A stretch of DNA of 64,000 nt, taken from Candidatus Bathyarchaeia archaeon. GTDB lineage: Archaea > Thermoproteota > Bathyarchaeia > Bathyarchaeales > Bathycorpusculaceae. Positions within the stretch are counted from its first letter, which is position 1. Each line of letters begins with the position of its first letter. A program made the position numbers and the translations under genes. The stretch lies in NCBI GenBank assembly GCA_049516875.1, contig JBEKSS010000003.1, positions 64,001 through 128,000 on the forward strand, given 5' to 3'. Under the pieces are notes generated by a model. That model was not told the origin of the DNA. It saw only the letters and a list, made by a program, of their open reading frames with translations, and ran no database searches. Shown in pieces: positions 60,872 through 64,000 of the stretch.

Positions 60872-61837
60872 CTAGATTTTCGCGCCGCACTCCGGACAGA
60901 ACTTCGAACCTGCCGGAATCGTCTTTCCACACTTTGGACAGTTCATCGTCTGGCTTGACGGAGGAGTTATCACCGTTCCACACTCAGGACAGAACTTTGA
61001 GGTTGCCGGAATGTGCGTGCCGCACTTCGGACATATCACTAGAGCTGCAACCGGGGCCTGCACTGGGCCTGTGGGCGTCATAACCTGCGGAATGAGCACC
61101 ATGCCGGCTCCTAAGCCTGCTCCAGATGACTTTCCAAGGGATTCAGCAGCGCTCTTGACCGTTTCCATCCGCAGCACTTCGCTGGCACCAGTTCCGCCAG
61201 TCCTAAGCCAGAAAAGCCTCTCGCGGTACTCGGGGGTTGTGTCTATTCCTTCAAAACGCAGGTCAGTGAGCTCCAAGCCTACGCGTTTGAAGTAGTCCAT
61301 GATAGTGTTCTTCACTATCACCGATGTTTCGTCGAGCTTTGTGAACACGGTAAGCAGGTCGTAGTGTGAGAGTTCGTTGATTATCTTCTCATTCAGGAAT
61401 CCTCGCAGGTAGTTGTTCACGCCTTCAGTCGAATACGCCTGTTGCCCACCTACAACCTCGTTGACAAACAGTTGCGCGTTTTCGACCTTGAAGTAGAATG
61501 AGCCGTGCACTTGCAGAGGCGCAAGCTCAGTGGTCTGAGCCTGTGTACCGTATTTGCCGGCGAAGACTTTGGTTGAGATGAAGATGACCGCTGCCTTGAA
61601 CGGCTTATCCTTGAAACCCACGATCCGTGTCAGCAATCTTGTTAAGAGCGGCAGATTCAACGTTGTCAAAGTGTGTCTTCCCGCGTTGAAGACGTCGTAG
61701 GCCTTGCCGTCTCTGAAAAACACCGCAACTTCGTATTCGTTAACGATTAGCTGGGAACCCCACGTTATGTCTTCGCTTGGGTATCTCCACAGGATGTCGT
61801 CTGGCCCTGCGTTTGTCCATTCTATGACTTGCGGCAT
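60872..61837 (-). CDS. SPFH (YdjI-like) domain protein with double zinc ribbon
   Basis: GSQLIVNEYEVAVFFRDGK...GRHTLTT, two CPKCG...KFCPECG ribbons. Confidence 0.88.
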   Translation of the reverse strand: MPQVIEWTNAGPDDILWRYPSEDITWGSQLIVNEYEVAVFFRDGKAYDVFNAGRHTLTTLNLPLLTRLLTRIVGFKDKPFKAAVIFISTKVFAGKYGTQAQTTELAPLQVHGSFYFKVENAQLFVNEVVGGQQAYSTEGVNNYLRGFLNEKIINELSHYDLLTVFTKLDETSVIVKNTIMDYFKRVGLELTDLRFEGIDTTPEYRERLFWLRTGGTGASEVLRMETVKSAAESLGKSSGAGLGAGMVLIPQVMTPTGPVQAPVAALVICPKCGTHIPATSKFCPECGTVITPPSSQTMNCPKCGKTIPAGSKFCPECGAKI

Positions 61838-61838
61838 T

Positions 61839-62375
61839 TTAACTCACTCCCATTATTACCTCTTCCCTTTTATCAAGGGTCTCATCGAAGGTCTCCAGCG
61901 TGTCCGTTAGGTTCTGCACGCGGTCTTTTGCCTTGTCGAATTTCTGCTTGGAAACCTCGGTTCTGAACGCGTCGACTTCGCTGGCTATGCTGTTCACTTG
62001 ATCAATCAGCTGGTTGTCGAAGTCGGTCATTCGATCAAGAGCTTCCTCTTGAATCTTAACAACGTCAAAGAAGCCGGAGTACCCGTAAGAAGCGTGATTT
62101 ACTCTTTCCGTAACGCGGTCAAACTTGGCGACAAGTCTATCCATGTCTGTCAGAACGTCCAATTGGCGACGGTCAGACATCTTCTGAAAAACAGTTTTAA
62201 AGTTTGTTCTCGCCTGCGCCAGCTTCTGGTACAAGTGGTTTCGAATAAGCTTGTCAGATTCTCTGCGGAGTTCTTTCTCTTTGTAACCGCGAAACCCTGG
62301 AAGTTCTGCAAGGATTCGCTCAGAGAGACGCATCTGCTTCTTCGCTGTTCCATAAACGTCCTTTTTCTCACTCAA
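61839..62375 (-). CDS. Conserved alpha-helical hypothetical protein
   Basis: LPGFRGYKEKELRRESDKLIR, HASYGYSGFFD; coupled to the SPFH gene. Confidence 0.8.
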   Translation of the reverse strand: MSEKKDVYGTAKKQMRLSERILAELPGFRGYKEKELRRESDKLIRNHLYQKLAQARTNFKTVFQKMSDRRQLDVLTDMDRLVAKFDRVTERVNHASYGYSGFFDVVKIQEEALDRMTDFDNQLIDQVNSIASEVDAFRTEVSKQKFDKAKDRVQNLTDTLETFDETLDKREEVIMGVS

Positions 62376-62457
62376 GGTTTAATTCCTCACAATTTTTCTT
62401 TCGTTTTTATACATGAACGAGTGTTGCTTTTAAAGTTTCTTTACCATTCCCCGACTA

Positions 62458-63201
62458 TTAGAACCTGCCTGAAGGGATGTCGCCCTTTATTTCAGTCCCC
62501 GTTGCCCCGTCTATCAGCAGCTGATAGCCTCTGCCCTTGTACTCATACTTGACAAACCATATCGGCGCATGCAGATAGACCACCTGGCGCACGTCCATTT
62601 TTGTTTTCACTTCAATGATTTTATCAACGTCCTGCTGAATCAGAAAGCGATGATTTTCTTCAATCTGCTGCTTTGCAAGCTCAACCGCGTCGTCCTTGTT
62701 AACTTCGCTGTTTAAGACCTTGGCAAAAGCTTCGACTTTCCTAAAGTCAAAAGGTATCTTTCCCTCTAACGGGACCTCGTAATCCCTTGTCGGAAACTCG
62801 GTTGCTTTCCGCGCCAAGACAAGCCAGTCGTACTCCTTCTCTATCTTTCCCTCTTTCGTGACAGCCGGCGTTATGCGCTCAAAAATCCCCTTGTAAGTGC
62901 TTTCTGCCTTTGTGGATACCACCCAGAAAGGCAGGTATGTCAGGTTCTTTTCCTCGATTTTTGACTTTTTCGCGAGGTCTGACGGTTTTAGAAAGCCTTC
63001 GCGCATCCACTCTTTGATCGGTTCTTCGATTTGTGTTGGGTCAAACTTGTTCAGCAGCATCGAATGTTCGAACGTAAATGCCTGCCCGGTTTCGACGACA
63101 ACCGTGTAGCCGCAGTACTTGCACGTTGCTATTATTTCACCGGGTTGAAACGCTATCGGCGCTCCGCAGTGGGAGCATTTGATTTCATCAATGACGCTCA
63201 T
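62458..63201 (-). CDS. Zinc-ribbon-containing hypothetical protein
   Basis: CSHCGA...CKYCG, YLPFWVV, IDGATG. Confidence 0.8.
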   Translation of the reverse strand: MSVIDEIKCSHCGAPIAFQPGEIIATCKYCGYTVVVETGQAFTFEHSMLLNKFDPTQIEEPIKEWMREGFLKPSDLAKKSKIEEKNLTYLPFWVVSTKAESTYKGIFERITPAVTKEGKIEKEYDWLVLARKATEFPTRDYEVPLEGKIPFDFRKVEAFAKVLNSEVNKDDAVELAKQQIEENHRFLIQQDVDKIIEVKTKMDVRQVVYLHAPIWFVKYEYKGRGYQLLIDGATGTEIKGDIPSGRF

Positions 63202-63206
63202 ACATT

Positions 63207-64000
63207 CTACGCCTTCTGCTTCTCTCTCTTCAGAATCTCTTTCGACACGATGACGCCTGATGCGGAGGCCTGAATGAGCCCTCTTGTGACGCCGGCTCCG
63301 TCTCCGATGGTGAAAAGGTTGTGTATCTTGGTTTCCAAACAGTGACTCAGGTGTAGTCTTGAGGAATAGAATTTTACTTCGATGCCGTACAGCAGCGTGT
63401 CCCTCGAGTGCAGACCGGGAATCATCTTGTCCAACGCTTGAAGCATCTCTCGTATGTCGGCCAAGTAGCGATAGGGCAAGACGAAGCTGAGATCTCCGGG
63501 CGTGGCGTTCTTCAAGGTCGGAGTCACCACGCTTCGGGCGATCCTTTCAAGCGTTGACCTTCTTCCAGACTCCAAGTCGCCCAACCGCTGTATGATCACG
63601 CCCCCACTGAGAAGGTTTCCGAGCCTTGCAACGTATTTTCCGTAGGCTATCGGCTCCTTGAAAGGCTCCGTGAACGAGGTGCTCACCAGGAGAGCGAAGT
63701 TCGTGTTTTCCGTCTTCCTCTCCGCGTAGCTTTGGCCGTTAACCGTCAGGACTCCGTCGTAGGACTCTGTTATGACCTCGCCGTACGGTGCCACGCAGAA
63801 CGTGCGGACTTGATCATCAAAAGACTTTGAATAGTAGATGAGTTTGGGTTCATAAAGAACACTCGTCAGCTCCTCCATAACGGAAGCGAGAGTTTCAACT
63901 CTTATGCCGACGTCGACAGGGTTGCTGAACGTCTTAAGGCCTAAGGCCTGAGCTTCTGTTTGAAGCCATTCGGCCCCAATTCTTCCGGGTGCCACGATGA
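63207..64000 (-). CDS. FAD-dependent oxidoreductase (5' end outside window)
   Basis: VDVGIRVE, RTFC, IEVKFYS, GDGAGVTRGLIQA. Confidence 0.88.
   Translation of the reverse strand, partial: IVAPGRIGAEWLQTEAQALGLKTFSNPVDVGIRVETLASVMEELTSVLYEPKLIYYSKSFDDQVRTFCVAPYGEVITESYDGVLTVNGQSYAERKTENTNFALLVSTSFTEPFKEPIAYGKYVARLGNLLSGGVIIQRLGDLESGRRSTLERIARSVVTPTLKNATPGDLSFVLPYRYLADIREMLQALDKMIPGLHSRDTLLYGIEVKFYSSRLHLSHCLETKIHNLFTIGDGAGVTRGLIQASASGVIVSKEILKREKQKA

Overview
64-kb archaeal chromosome window, most likely Bathyarchaeia or a related TACK lineage. This is inferred from gene content (PolD DP1+DP2, Elf1, class I LysRS, Alba, GGGP synthase, Sec61-beta, intron-containing tRNA), not from a database search. 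It is mostly core genome: translation/RNA-modification cluster (srp54-pus10-rpl21e-rpo4-DUF655-rsmA-HemK2), porGDAB-type oxidoreductase, glyA, nadE, lysS, tldD/E, plus a likely replication origin (inverted ORB pair, AT-rich spacer, skew inversion) just upstream of cdc6. Strongest novelty candidates: (1) a three-gene DNA-binding module adjoining the origin, including a membrane-anchored coiled-coil winged-helix protein, with two arrays of short GTGA/TCAC-type sites (possible origin-tethering/segregation system); (2) a non-coding dispersed repeat built from paired TTGAG-n-CTCAA palindromes (copies at about 22.3, 22.4 and 55.0 kb) sitting in local A+C-rich islands. A decaying accessory patch follows tRNA-Ser(CGA). 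No CRISPR array, transposase, integrase or rRNA was recognised. All calls are by eye.
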